Below are positions 27,216-35,802 of a DNA stretch of 64,000 nt, one piece after another (the stretch's first letter is position 1; each line of letters opens with the position of its first letter). Below the pieces are notes generated by a model. That model was not told the origin of the DNA, ran no database searches, and worked only from the letters and a program-made list of their open reading frames with translations. This stretch comes from Acidimicrobiales bacterium (GTDB lineage Bacteria; Actinomycetota; Acidimicrobiia; Acidimicrobiales; JACDCH01): the NCBI GenBank assembly GCA_036493595.1, contig DASXPN010000073.1, positions 32,029 to 96,028 of the forward strand. Reading direction: 5' to 3'. The position numbers and the translations under genes are program-made.

Positions 27216-27820
27216 GTGGCACAGACGGCAGCAAGGCCGAAGCTTTCTCGTCCGCCGTCGACAAGGCGCGTATCGAGAAGGCAGTGCGGGAGATCCTCAT
27301 CGCCATCGGTGAGGACCCCGATCGCGACGGTCTCGTCGATACACCCGTGCGAGTGGCGCGCATGTACGAGGAGATCTTCGCCGGGCTGCACGACGACCCG
27401 TCGGTGTACCTGAAGACGACCTTCGAGGCCGATCACGACGAGATGGTGATGCTGCGCGACATCCCGATGTACTCCGCGTGCGAGCACCACCTTCTGCCGT
27501 GGATCGGCCAGGCGCACGTCGCGTACATCCCCAACGACGACGGCCGCGTCACCGGTCTGTCGAAGTTGGCCCGACTGGTCGATGCGTATGCGAAGCGGCC
27601 ACAGGTCCAGGAGCGGCTCACGTCGCAGATTGCCGACGAGCTCGATCGCAGCCTCGACCCGAAGGGCGTGATGGTCGTGATCGAAGCGGAGCACCTGTGC
27701 ATGACGATGCGCGGCATCCGCAAGCCGGGTGCCACCACGGTCACGTCCGCGGTGCGCGGCCTGTTCCGCCGCAACGTCGCCACCCGCGAGGAAGCGATGC
27801 GGTTCCTCCACACCCGCTGA
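27212..27820 (+). CDS. folE: GTP cyclohydrolase I
   Basis: In frame with track ORF 27158..27820. GTG 27212 overlaps the ftsH stop (GTGA). Motifs [10 protein letters not shown] and SACEHHLLP. Confidence 0.93.
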
Positions 27821-27835
27821 CCCTCCCTGGCCAGA

Positions 27836-28651
27836 ATGAGCGGTCCGATGGGAACGATGCCGCTGTCGCAGGTCATGGGGGTCGTGAACGTGACCCCCGA
27901 TTCGTTCTCCGACGGTGGCCTCTACCTCGATCACGACGCCGCCGTCGCGCACGGGATGGCCCTGATCGCCGAGGGGGCCGACGTGGTCGACGTCGGCGGC
28001 GAGTCGACTCGCCCGGGCGCCGAGCCGGTGCCGCCCGCGGAGGAATTGCGACGCGTGCTCCCGGTGGTGCAGGAGCTCTCGCCTCATGTCCGGGTCAGCA
28101 TCGACACCCGGAAGGCAGAGGTTGCCGAAGCGGCGATCGCGGCGGGCGCCACGCTTGTCAACGACGTGTCCGCGTCACTGTACGAAGTGGTCGCAGCGGC
28201 CGGCCCGTCGGTCGGTTGGGTGGCGATGCACATGCTCGGCGACCCTCGCACGATGCAGCAGAACCCGATCTACGACGACGTCGTCGCTGACGTCCGGGAC
28301 TTTCTCGTCGATCGCGCTGCTGCGGCCGTCGCCGCCGGCGTGCAGGAGGTTTGGATCGACCCTGGCATCGGGTTCGGGAAGACCGTTGCGCACAATTGGT
28401 CGCTGTTGCGCCACCTGGACGCACTGGTCGCGACCGGCTATCCGGTGCTGCTCGCCACCAGCCGGAAGCGTTTCCTCGGCGTGGTCACCGCCGAGTCCGA
28501 CGGGCTACCCGATCTCACTCTGACGGCGGCCGACGACCGGGTCGAGGCCTCCGTCGCCACTGCTGTCTGGGCGATGGTGCAAGGTGCGCGCATGGTCCGG
28601 GTGCATGATGTGCGGGCCACGGTGCAGGCCGCCATGGTCGTCGCCGGGTGA
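27836..28651 (+). CDS. folP: Dihydropteroate synthase
   Basis: Track ORF of 271 aa. Motifs GVVNVTPDSFSDGG and DVGGESTRPG. Confidence 0.95.
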   Translation: MSGPMGTMPLSQVMGVVNVTPDSFSDGGLYLDHDAAVAHGMALIAEGADVVDVGGESTRPGAEPVPPAEELRRVLPVVQELSPHVRVSIDTRKAEVAEAAIAAGATLVNDVSASLYEVVAAAGPSVGWVAMHMLGDPRTMQQNPIYDDVVADVRDFLVDRAAAAVAAGVQEVWIDPGIGFGKTVAHNWSLLRHLDALVATGYPVLLATSRKRFLGVVTAESDGLPDLTLTAADDRVEASVATAVWAMVQGARMVRVHDVRATVQAAMVVAG

Positions 28652-28670
28652 TCGAGACAGGAGTGCCAGC

Positions 28671-29186
28671 GTGCCGGGCATGAAAGGCAAGTGGGCTCAA
28701 GGCATCGAACCCCGAAATTTCGCGTGGGTCGTGAAGGACAAATTGGCGGTGTGCGAGCGCCCCGGTGGGTACGGCGCCAACCATCGGCGCGTCCGCAGGC
28801 AGGAAGAGATCATCTGGATCCGTGAGCAGGGATTCACGTGCGTGATCTCGCTGATCCCGTCGCCGCACAACCTGCACAACTACGACGAGCTCGGAGTGAC
28901 GTGGCGGCACCGCCCGTTCGCCGTGCACGACGACGAGCAGAAGTTCGTCGCCGGCTTCTTTCCAGAGCTGCGCGGGATGCTGTCCGAGGGCCAGAAGGTG
29001 CTGGTGCACCAGGACGAGCTGGGTGACCGCGTGTCGGGTCTGATCGCCGGGTTCTTGCTGTGGTCCGGCATGGTCGACCACGGGCCGGACGCCATCTCGA
29101 TCACCGAGCAACTCGTGCATCGCCAACTCGGTCCCCTCGGCCGTCAGCTCGTGACGATTGCCCAGGAACTGCCGAAACCCGCGTGA
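28671..29186 (+). CDS. Dual-specificity/PTP-fold phosphatase-like protein lacking the catalytic Cys (HQDELGDR in place of HCxxGxxR)
   Basis: In frame with track ORF 28584..29186. GTG 28671 sits 7 nt after AGGAG; stop overlaps the folB start (GTGA). Fold pattern ...GFTCVISL...YDELGVTWRHRPFAVHDDE...KVLVHQDELGDRVSGLIAGFLLW. Confidence 0.6.
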   Translation: MPGMKGKWAQGIEPRNFAWVVKDKLAVCERPGGYGANHRRVRRQEEIIWIREQGFTCVISLIPSPHNLHNYDELGVTWRHRPFAVHDDEQKFVAGFFPELRGMLSEGQKVLVHQDELGDRVSGLIAGFLLWSGMVDHGPDAISITEQLVHRQLGPLGRQLVTIAQELPKPA

Positions 29187-29542
29187 CGGATCACATCGAA
29201 CTGCGCGGGCTCGTCGCCTCCGGCTACTGCGGGGCCCTGCCAGAGGAGCAGCAACGGCCACAACCACTCGAGGTGGATCTCGATCTGCACCTCGATCTGG
29301 ACGATTCCGCCCGCAGTGACGCGCTCGACGACACGGTCGACTACGGCGCGCTGTGCGCGGCGGTCGAGCAGGTGATCACGAGCGAGCGGTTCACCCTGCT
29401 CGAGCGGCTCGCCGCCCGGATCGCCGAGGTGTCGCTCCGGGATGGACGCGCCTTCGCGGTCTCGGTCACCGTGCGCAAGCTCCGTCCGCCGGTCCCACAG
29501 CAACTCGCCACCGCGGGCGTTCATCTCGAGCGGTCGCGATGA
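29183..29542 (+). CDS. folB: Dihydroneopterin aldolase
   Basis: In frame with track ORF 29060..29542; GTG 29183. IELRGL...GALPEEQQRPQPLEVDLDL...DDTVDYG... is a typical FolB pattern. Confidence 0.88.
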   Translation: MTDHIELRGLVASGYCGALPEEQQRPQPLEVDLDLHLDLDDSARSDALDDTVDYGALCAAVEQVITSERFTLLERLAARIAEVSLRDGRAFAVSVTVRKLRPPVPQQLATAGVHLERSR

Positions 29543-30021
29543 CCGCGGGCATGGAGGCACCGGAAGCGCCGCGGCGGGTTCTGCTGTCGCTCGGGTCGAA
29601 TCTCGGCGATCGGCGGCGCACGTTGCGCGAGGCAGTCGACTCGCTGCCGGGTGTCACGGCAGTGTCGGGTCTGTACGAGACAGATCCTGTCGGTGGGCCG
29701 CCCGGTCAGGCCCCGTATCTCAACCTCGTCGTCGCCATCGAGTCAGCGGCGTCGGCGCGGCAGTTGCTCGGCATGTGCCATCGCATCGAGTCCGCGGCGG
29801 GTCGGGTGCGGGTCGAGCGATGGGGACCGCGCACGCTCGACCTCGACATCTTGTGGATCGACGGCGAAACGGTCAACGACCCCGACCTGTCGATCCCCCA
29901 TCCGCGGATGTTCGAGCGCCGGTTCGTGCTCGTCCCGCTGAATGACGTCGCGCCGGACCTGCTTCCTGCCGGTTGGCAGGATCATGTCGACGGTTGGGTC
30001 ACGCCCGCGGAGCCTCTCTGA
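29539..30021 (+). CDS. folK: 2-amino-4-hydroxy-6-hydroxymethyldihydropteridine pyrophosphokinase
   Basis: In frame with track ORF 29353..30021. ATG 29539 overlaps the folB stop (ATGA). Motifs LSLGSNLGDR, WGPRTLDLDIL and PHPRMFERRFVLVPL. Confidence 0.92.
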   Translation: MTAGMEAPEAPRRVLLSLGSNLGDRRRTLREAVDSLPGVTAVSGLYETDPVGGPPGQAPYLNLVVAIESAASARQLLGMCHRIESAAGRVRVERWGPRTLDLDILWIDGETVNDPDLSIPHPRMFERRFVLVPLNDVAPDLLPAGWQDHVDGWVTPAEPL

Positions 30022-30024
30022 CCT

Positions 30025-30735
30025 ATGCCGCCCGCCGTTCGCATCGTCGGGCATGGCCGCGCCGGAGGATCGCTGGCCGGCGCACTGAGATCGATCGGCT
30101 GGACGGTGGATGTCGTCGACCACGGCCGCGCCCCTCGCGCCGCGCGTGATGTCGACCTCCTGATTCTTGCCGTGCCGGACGATGCGGTCGCGTCGGTGGC
30201 CGCCTCGGTTCTGCCCGTCGACACCGCCGTCGTCGCGCACATGGCGGGCTCACTGGGCCTCGACGTACTGGAACCGCACCCGCGTCGCGCGTCATTGCAT
30301 CCGTTGGTTGCGCTGCCGAACGTCGAGCTCGGCGCGCGGCGTCTCTCGGGCGCGTGGTTCGCGGTCGCGGGTGAGCCCGTCGTGAACGACGTCATCGATG
30401 CCCTCGGCGGTCACGCCTTCGTGGTCGATGACGAGCACCGCGCCGTCTATCACGCCGCCGCGGTCATCGCCTCGAACCATCTCGTGGCGCTGCTGGCGCA
30501 GGTCGAGCGGGTCGCGGCGGCCGCGGACGTACCCCTCGAGGCGTACCTCGATCTCGTGCGCGCCACCGTGGACAACGTCGCCGCGCTCGGTCCTGCGGAT
30601 GCGCTCACCGGCCCTGCGGCGCGGGGCGACGAAGCCACCATCCAACGGCATCTCGCGGCGCTGCCTGTAGAGGAGCGCGAGTTGTACGAGGTGCTGGCCG
30701 ACGCGTGCCGGAGGCTCGCGGCATGCAAGTCCTGA
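30025..30735 (+). CDS. Rossmann-like / DUF2520 domain protein (M. tuberculosis Rv3603c-like); possible ketopantoate-reductase-type oxidoreductase
   Basis: Track ORF of 236 aa. N-terminal VRIVGHGRAGGSL, C-terminal HAAAVIASNHLVAL...TGPAARGD. 13-nt overlap with panC. Confidence 0.65.
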   Translation: MPPAVRIVGHGRAGGSLAGALRSIGWTVDVVDHGRAPRAARDVDLLILAVPDDAVASVAASVLPVDTAVVAHMAGSLGLDVLEPHPRRASLHPLVALPNVELGARRLSGAWFAVAGEPVVNDVIDALGGHAFVVDDEHRAVYHAAAVIASNHLVALLAQVERVAAAADVPLEAYLDLVRATVDNVAALGPADALTGPAARGDEATIQRHLAALPVEERELYEVLADACRRLAACKS

Positions 30736-31586
30736 CCACGATCGAGGAGAGCCGGGCGGTCCTCGAGGAAGGGCGGGCCCGTGGGCAGACGGTCGGTCTC
30801 GTGCCGACGATGGGCTATCTGCATGACGGCCATCGATCGTTGATCGAACGGTCGGCCGCGGAGCGCGACATCACCGTTGTGACGGTGTTCGTGAATCCAC
30901 TCCAGTTCGGAGCGGGCGAGGACCTGTCCGCGTACCCACGCGACTTCGATCGTGACGCCGCGATGTGCGAGGAGGCAGGCGCGGGCGTCGTGCTCCATCC
31001 AAGCGTCGAGGAGATGTATCCCGCGGGGTTACCGATGCTCACGACCGTGACCGTCGACGAAGTGTCGGCGCCCATGGAGGGTGCCTCGCGGCCGACTCAT
31101 TTCGCCGGCGTCGCCACTGTGGTCGCGAAGCTTTTCAACATCGCGGGTTCGTGCCGTGCGTACTTCGGTGAGAAGGACTGGCAACAGCTGGCGGTGATCC
31201 GTCGCATGGCGGCCGACTTGTCCTTCCCGGTCGAGGTCGTCGGTTGTCCGACCGTGCGCGAGCGGGACGGCCTCGCGATGTCGAGCCGCAACGCCTACCT
31301 CACGCCCGAGGAGCGAGCAGCCGCGCCTGTCGTGCATTGGGCGCTCGTTGCCGGCGCGGCCGCGATCGCTTCGGGCGAGCGTGATCCGGCGAAGGTGAGG
31401 GCGCTCGTACGTGACCTGATCGAAGCCGAACCCCTGGCCGCGGTCGACTACGCCGAGGTCGTCGATGCCGCCACCCTGCAAGGAGTCGACCCGCTCCGCG
31501 GCGAACTACGGGTACTTGCCGCAACGCGGTTCGGACGTGCCAGACTGATCGACAACGAGGGGGCGACCATCAAGGCGCCCACCTGA
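30723..31586 (+). CDS. panC: Pantoate--beta-alanine ligase
   Basis: Track ORF 30705..31586; ATG 30723 (MQVLTTIEE). Motifs PTMGYLHDGH and VSVFVNPLQF-like VTVFVNPLQFG. Confidence 0.95.
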   Translation: MQVLTTIEESRAVLEEGRARGQTVGLVPTMGYLHDGHRSLIERSAAERDITVVTVFVNPLQFGAGEDLSAYPRDFDRDAAMCEEAGAGVVLHPSVEEMYPAGLPMLTTVTVDEVSAPMEGASRPTHFAGVATVVAKLFNIAGSCRAYFGEKDWQQLAVIRRMAADLSFPVEVVGCPTVRERDGLAMSSRNAYLTPEERAAAPVVHWALVAGAAAIASGERDPAKVRALVRDLIEAEPLAAVDYAEVVDAATLQGVDPLRGELRVLAATRFGRARLIDNEGATIKAPT

Positions 31587-31601
31587 CCTCAGGAGGGAAT
31601 C

Positions 31602-32018
31602 ATGCGCCGCCGCATGATGAAGTCGAAGATCCATCGCGCCATCGTCACCGACGCGAACCTCGACTACGTCGGTTCGATCACCATCGATCGCGAGCTGATG
31701 GATCGAGCCGACCTGATGGAGTACGAGCAGGTGGCCGTCGTCGACATCGACAACGGCGCACGGCTCGAGACCTACGTGATCGAAGGTGAGCCGGCGTCGG
31801 GCGACATCTGCTTGAACGGCGCGGCCGCCCATCTGATCCATCCGGGCGACAGGGTCATCATCATCAGCTACAGCGAGTACGAGGACGCCGAGCTGCGAGC
31901 CGGTCACGAGCCGACGATCGTGCACGTCGACACCGCCAATCGCGCGATCTCCGAAGAGCTCGCCCGCCGCTTGGCCGAGGACCGTTTCTACACCGAGGTC
32001 GACGCGCTCGCTCGTTAG
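31602..32018 (+). CDS. panD: Aspartate 1-decarboxylase
   Basis: Track ORF of 138 aa. [33 protein letters not shown] (Gly-Ser self-processing site). Confidence 0.95.
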   Translation: MRRRMMKSKIHRAIVTDANLDYVGSITIDRELMDRADLMEYEQVAVVDIDNGARLETYVIEGEPASGDICLNGAAAHLIHPGDRVIIISYSEYEDAELRAGHEPTIVHVDTANRAISEELARRLAEDRFYTEVDALAR

Positions 32019-32043
32019 CTACTCCGGCCGAATACGGTCGACG

Positions 32044-33585
32044 GTGGTGGAGCTCGATCTGTTGGTGCTCGGGTCCGGCGTGGCCGGACTGTCCGCGGCC
32101 GTGCGTGCCGCGGAGACGCACGGGATGCGCGTGGGCGTGCTCACCAAAGGCGAGCTGCATCAAGCGACCACGCGGTGGGCGCAAGGGGGTGTCGCCGCGG
32201 TGTTGGGCGGGGGCGATCCTGATTCCACCGACCTTCACCTGGCCGACACGCTGGCAGCCGGCGCGGGCCTGTGTGACGCGGACGCGGTACGCGTCTTGGT
32301 GGACGAAGGGCCGAGCCGCGTGCACGAGCTCATCGCCCTCGGGGCCATCTTCGACGTCGACGAGCAGGGACGGTTGGAGCTCGCCCGTGAGGGTGGACAC
32401 TCGAAGGCGCGGGTCGTGCACGCCGGTGGCGCGGCGACGGGTGCCGAGATCGAGCGTGCCCTCGTCGAAGCGGTGCGCCGCACCGCGGCTGCGATCTACG
32501 AGTCCTGGTTCGCACTCGACCTGATCGTCGAGAACGGTCGCTGCCGCGGCGTGGTCGCGCTCGACGGCAGCGGCGCACGGGCAGAGGTGCGGGCGGCCAA
32601 CGTCCTCGTCGCCACCGGGGGCGCGGGCCAGTTGTACGCGGTGACGACCAATCCTGCGGAGGCGACCGGCGACGGCATCGCGATGGCGCTGCGGGCTGGG
32701 GTCGCGGTGGCCGATCTCGAGTTCGTGCAGTTCCATCCGACGGCGTTGCATCATCCCGCGATGCCACGGCCGCTGCTGTCCGAGGCCTTGCGCGGGCACG
32801 GTGCCCGTCTGCGCGACACCGATGGTGAACAGTTCGTCGACGAGTTGTTGCCGCGCGACAAGGTCTCGCGCGCCATGACGGCGCGGATGCTCGAGCAGCA
32901 GGTCGATCATCTGTGGCTCGACGCGACGAACCTCGAACGGTTCGACGAGCGGTTCCCCACGATTGCGAATGCCCTTCGCGAGGTGGGCCTCGACCCCTCG
33001 CGCGACTGGCTGCCGATCGCGCCTGCCGCGCATTACCTGTGTGGTGGGATCGTCGCCGATCTCGACGGTGCATCGTCGTTGCCGGGCCTGTGGGCTGCCG
33101 GTGAAACAGCATGCAACGGTGTCCACGGCGCGAACCGCCTGGCCTCGAACTCGCTGCTCGACGGCATGGTCTTCGCGCCGCGTGTCGTCGAAGCGATCGA
33201 GAAGGGCAAGGACTCGGCCGAACCAACCGGTGCGATGCGCGCGGTGCTCGGCGACATGGAGCGCGGTGATGGCATCGCGGGTCGGCGCCTCACGACGTCC
33301 ATCGCGTGGGACGACGGTCCGACGGTCACCCGTGAGGACCTGCAAGTCGAGCTGACGCGATCGGCTGGTGTGCTGCGGACCGCATCATCGCTCCGCGAGG
33401 CGGCTGCGATCGCTCGGCGGGCCTCGGGTGAGGACTCGGTCAGCGGTCACGAGTTGCGCAACCTCGGCACCGTCGCGCAGGCGCTCATCGCCGGCGCCCT
33501 CGCACGCGAGGAGAGCCGGGGCGCGCACACCCGCATCGATCTTCCCGACACGAGTGACGCCTTCCGGCTGCGGCTCGTCTCGTAG
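32044..33585 (+). CDS. nadB: L-aspartate oxidase
   Basis: Track ORF of 513 aa. FAD motif VLGSGVAGLSAA. Also RWAQGGVAAV and HGANRLASNSLL. Confidence 0.95.
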   Translation: MVELDLLVLGSGVAGLSAAVRAAETHGMRVGVLTKGELHQATTRWAQGGVAAVLGGGDPDSTDLHLADTLAAGAGLCDADAVRVLVDEGPSRVHELIALGAIFDVDEQGRLELAREGGHSKARVVHAGGAATGAEIERALVEAVRRTAAAIYESWFALDLIVENGRCRGVVALDGSGARAEVRAANVLVATGGAGQLYAVTTNPAEATGDGIAMALRAGVAVADLEFVQFHPTALHHPAMPRPLLSEALRGHGARLRDTDGEQFVDELLPRDKVSRAMTARMLEQQVDHLWLDATNLERFDERFPTIANALREVGLDPSRDWLPIAPAAHYLCGGIVADLDGASSLPGLWAAGETACNGVHGANRLASNSLLDGMVFAPRVVEAIEKGKDSAEPTGAMRAVLGDMERGDGIAGRRLTTSIAWDDGPTVTREDLQVELTRSAGVLRTASSLREAAAIARRASGEDSVSGHELRNLGTVAQALIAGALAREESRGAHTRIDLPDTSDAFRLRLVS

Positions 33586-33603
33586 GGCTGCGAGGATGCC
33601 CCG

Positions 33604-34437
33604 ATGACAGAAGTCAGCGGACATCCCGCGAACTGGTATCCCGATCCTTTCGGTCGGTTCGAGATGCGGTACTACGACGGCACCCAGTGGACCGAGCACG
33701 TGTCCAACGGCGGTGGTGCGCAACAGCTCGATCCGCCGGTGGGGTCGAGCGTCGTCCCCACCGTCAATCGCACGATCGCGAAGGTCCAAGACGATGTTGT
33801 GCGCGCCGGGCTCACGGGCGGCCAGATGGCCGGCGGCGGCACCGTGTACTCCGAGCCGATCCTGGTGGTGAGCCAGAAGGCGAAGTGGATCGAGGTCAAC
33901 AACGAGTACGCGATCTTCGATCAGCACGGCGCGCAGGTCGGTGCGGTGCGCGAGGTCGGCCAGAGCACGGCCAAGAAGATGGTCCGCGTGCTCACGTCGT
34001 ACGACCAGTTCCTCACGCACAAGTTGCAGATCGTCGACATGCAAGGAACCGTGCTGCTGGCGCTGACCCGTCCGGCGAAGTTCATGAAGTCCAAGATCAT
34101 CGTGTCGGACGGCACCGGACGCGAGATCGGCCAGATCGTGCAGCAGAACGTCGTGGGCAAGATCCACTTCGGCCTCGAGTCGAGCGGGCATGCGTACGGC
34201 TCGATCAACGCCGAGAACTGGCGGGCCTGGAACTTCAACATCCAAGACCACACCGGCGCCGAGGTCGCCCGCATCACCAAGACCTGGGAAGGCTTCGCGA
34301 AGACGATGTTCACGACGGCGGACAACTACGTCGTGCAACTCCACGGCGAGCTCCAGGAGCCCCTGTGCTCACTCGTGATCGCGTCCGCTCTGTCGATCGA
34401 CACCGCTCTCAAGCAGGACGACCGCGGCCTCAACTAG
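33604..34437 (+). CDS. DUF2510 N-terminal motif + scramblase/LURP-one-related (tubby-like) domain protein
   Basis: Track ORF of 277 aa. ANWYPDPFGRFEMRYYDGTQWTEHV (DUF2510 pattern). The remainder, ...ILVVSQKAKWIEVNNEYAIFDQHG...KLQIVDMQGTVLLAL...KIIVSDG..., resembles bacterial scramblase-family proteins. Confidence 0.6.
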   Translation: MTEVSGHPANWYPDPFGRFEMRYYDGTQWTEHVSNGGGAQQLDPPVGSSVVPTVNRTIAKVQDDVVRAGLTGGQMAGGGTVYSEPILVVSQKAKWIEVNNEYAIFDQHGAQVGAVREVGQSTAKKMVRVLTSYDQFLTHKLQIVDMQGTVLLALTRPAKFMKSKIIVSDGTGREIGQIVQQNVVGKIHFGLESSGHAYGSINAENWRAWNFNIQDHTGAEVARITKTWEGFAKTMFTTADNYVVQLHGELQEPLCSLVIASALSIDTALKQDDRGLN

Positions 34438-34450
34438 CGAAATCGGCGGG

Positions 34451-34861
34451 TCAGCGTTCGTCGTGTTGGGCGGCTTCGGCTTCCTCGACCGGGTCGAGGG
34501 GACGGGCGGCGAAGTCGACCGCCGCCCACGTCGACTTCGCGAACGGGTACAGCAGCAGCGGGCCGAGGATCGCGATGGCGGCACCGACGAGCAGCCACGG
34601 CACCAGTGACACGTCGCCGTCGTTGGCGGCGGCCCACAGCAGGAAGGCGAAGATCTCGATCACCAGCAGCACACCCGTGACGGCGTAGTTCACGAGGTAC
34701 ACGCCGGTGAAGAACCCCTCTTCGCGCTCGAACTTGTAGCCGCACCGCGGGCAGCGTTCCTTGAGCTGGAAGTAGGTGCGGAAGATCTTCCTGGCTCCGC
34801 ATCGACCGCACCGGCGCCGCACGCCCCGCAGCACAATCGTGCGCACCCGTGCGCGCTCCAC
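34451..34861 (-). CDS. DUF983-family membrane protein with N-terminal zinc ribbon
   Basis: Track ORF of 136 aa. CGRCGARKIF...CPRCGYKF followed by two TM segments. Confidence 0.7.
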   Translation of the reverse strand: MERARVRTIVLRGVRRRCGRCGARKIFRTYFQLKERCPRCGYKFEREEGFFTGVYLVNYAVTGVLLVIEIFAFLLWAAANDGDVSLVPWLLVGAAIAILGPLLLYPFAKSTWAAVDFAARPLDPVEEAEAAQHDER

Positions 34862-34911
34862 GACGATCAGGCTAGGAGGACGACACGTCGGTTTGGCAGG
34901 CTGGGGCAGTC

Positions 34912-35802
34912 ATGCACGATCCACTCGGTCCACCGATCGCGGCGGTGCGCGCCGCGGTGGCGCGCGCCCTCGATGAAGACCTCACGCCATTGGGCGACCT
35001 CACATCGGCGTTGCTGCCTCGCGACCTCACTGCGTCCGCCGATTTCGTCGCCCGCGCCGCGGGCGTCCTCGCCGGTGTCGACTGCGCGACGGAGGCGTTC
35101 GCGCAGCTCGATCACTCGATCGACGTCACCTGGTTTGCTGCTGACGGCGATGACGTCGACGCGAAGCAACGCTTGGGACGCGTCACCGGTCCGCTGGCGC
35201 CGATCCTGACCGCCGAGCGGACCGCGCTGAACTTTCTCTGCCATCTCTCCGGCATCGCGACGACGACGCGCGGGTTCGTCCGCGCCGCCAACGCGGCCAG
35301 TGCCACTGGTGGCGCAGCGCGGATCTGGGACACCCGCAAGACCACGCCCGGCCTGCGTTCGCTCGAGAAGGCGGCCGTGCGCGCGGGTGGTGGAGTGAAC
35401 CATCGCGGCAACTTGTCCGACTGGGTGTTGCTCAAGGACAACCACATCGCGCTGCTCGGCATCGAAGAGGCAGTCGATCGGGCGCGGCGCACGTGGCCCG
35501 CGCGCACCGTGCACGTCGAGTGTGACGACCTCTCGCAAGTCGAACGCGCACTCTCGACGGGAGCGGATGCAATCCTGCTCGACAACATGACTGTCGAAGA
35601 GGTGGTCGAGTGCGTGGCCGCCGCGGATCGCTACGGCTCGAGCACTGGGCGGCGCCGGCCGCTGCTGGAGGTGAGCGGCAACGTGACTCTCGAGTCCGTC
35701 GGTGCCTATGCCGCGACCGGCGTCGACTGCATCTCGTCGAGCTCGATCACGATGAGCGCGCCCGTTCTCGACATCGGACTCGACGTCGAGGTCTGCGCGT
35801 AG
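34912..35802 (+). CDS. nadC: Nicotinate-nucleotide pyrophosphorylase (carboxylating)
   Basis: Track ORF of 296 aa. Motifs ERTALNFL, WDTRKTTPGLR, KAAVRAGGGVNHR and LLDNM. Confidence 0.95.
   Translation: MHDPLGPPIAAVRAAVARALDEDLTPLGDLTSALLPRDLTASADFVARAAGVLAGVDCATEAFAQLDHSIDVTWFAADGDDVDAKQRLGRVTGPLAPILTAERTALNFLCHLSGIATTTRGFVRAANAASATGGAARIWDTRKTTPGLRSLEKAAVRAGGGVNHRGNLSDWVLLKDNHIALLGIEEAVDRARRTWPARTVHVECDDLSQVERALSTGADAILLDNMTVEEVVECVAAADRYGSSTGRRRPLLEVSGNVTLESVGAYAATGVDCISSSSITMSAPVLDIGLDVEVCA

Noticed and set aside
31864-33345. 493-aa minus ORF; similar cases at 36203..37504, 57331..58566, 62278..63492, 26846..28087, 18311..19384 and 48498..49694.
   Set aside because: Each is antisense or off-frame to a strongly supported gene (nadB, coaX/lysS, otsA/glycerate kinase, FAD oxidoreductase/groEL leader, folE/folP, GT39/DUF445, the MTase-remnant/DLH pair). 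Each has skewed R/P/A/G composition.
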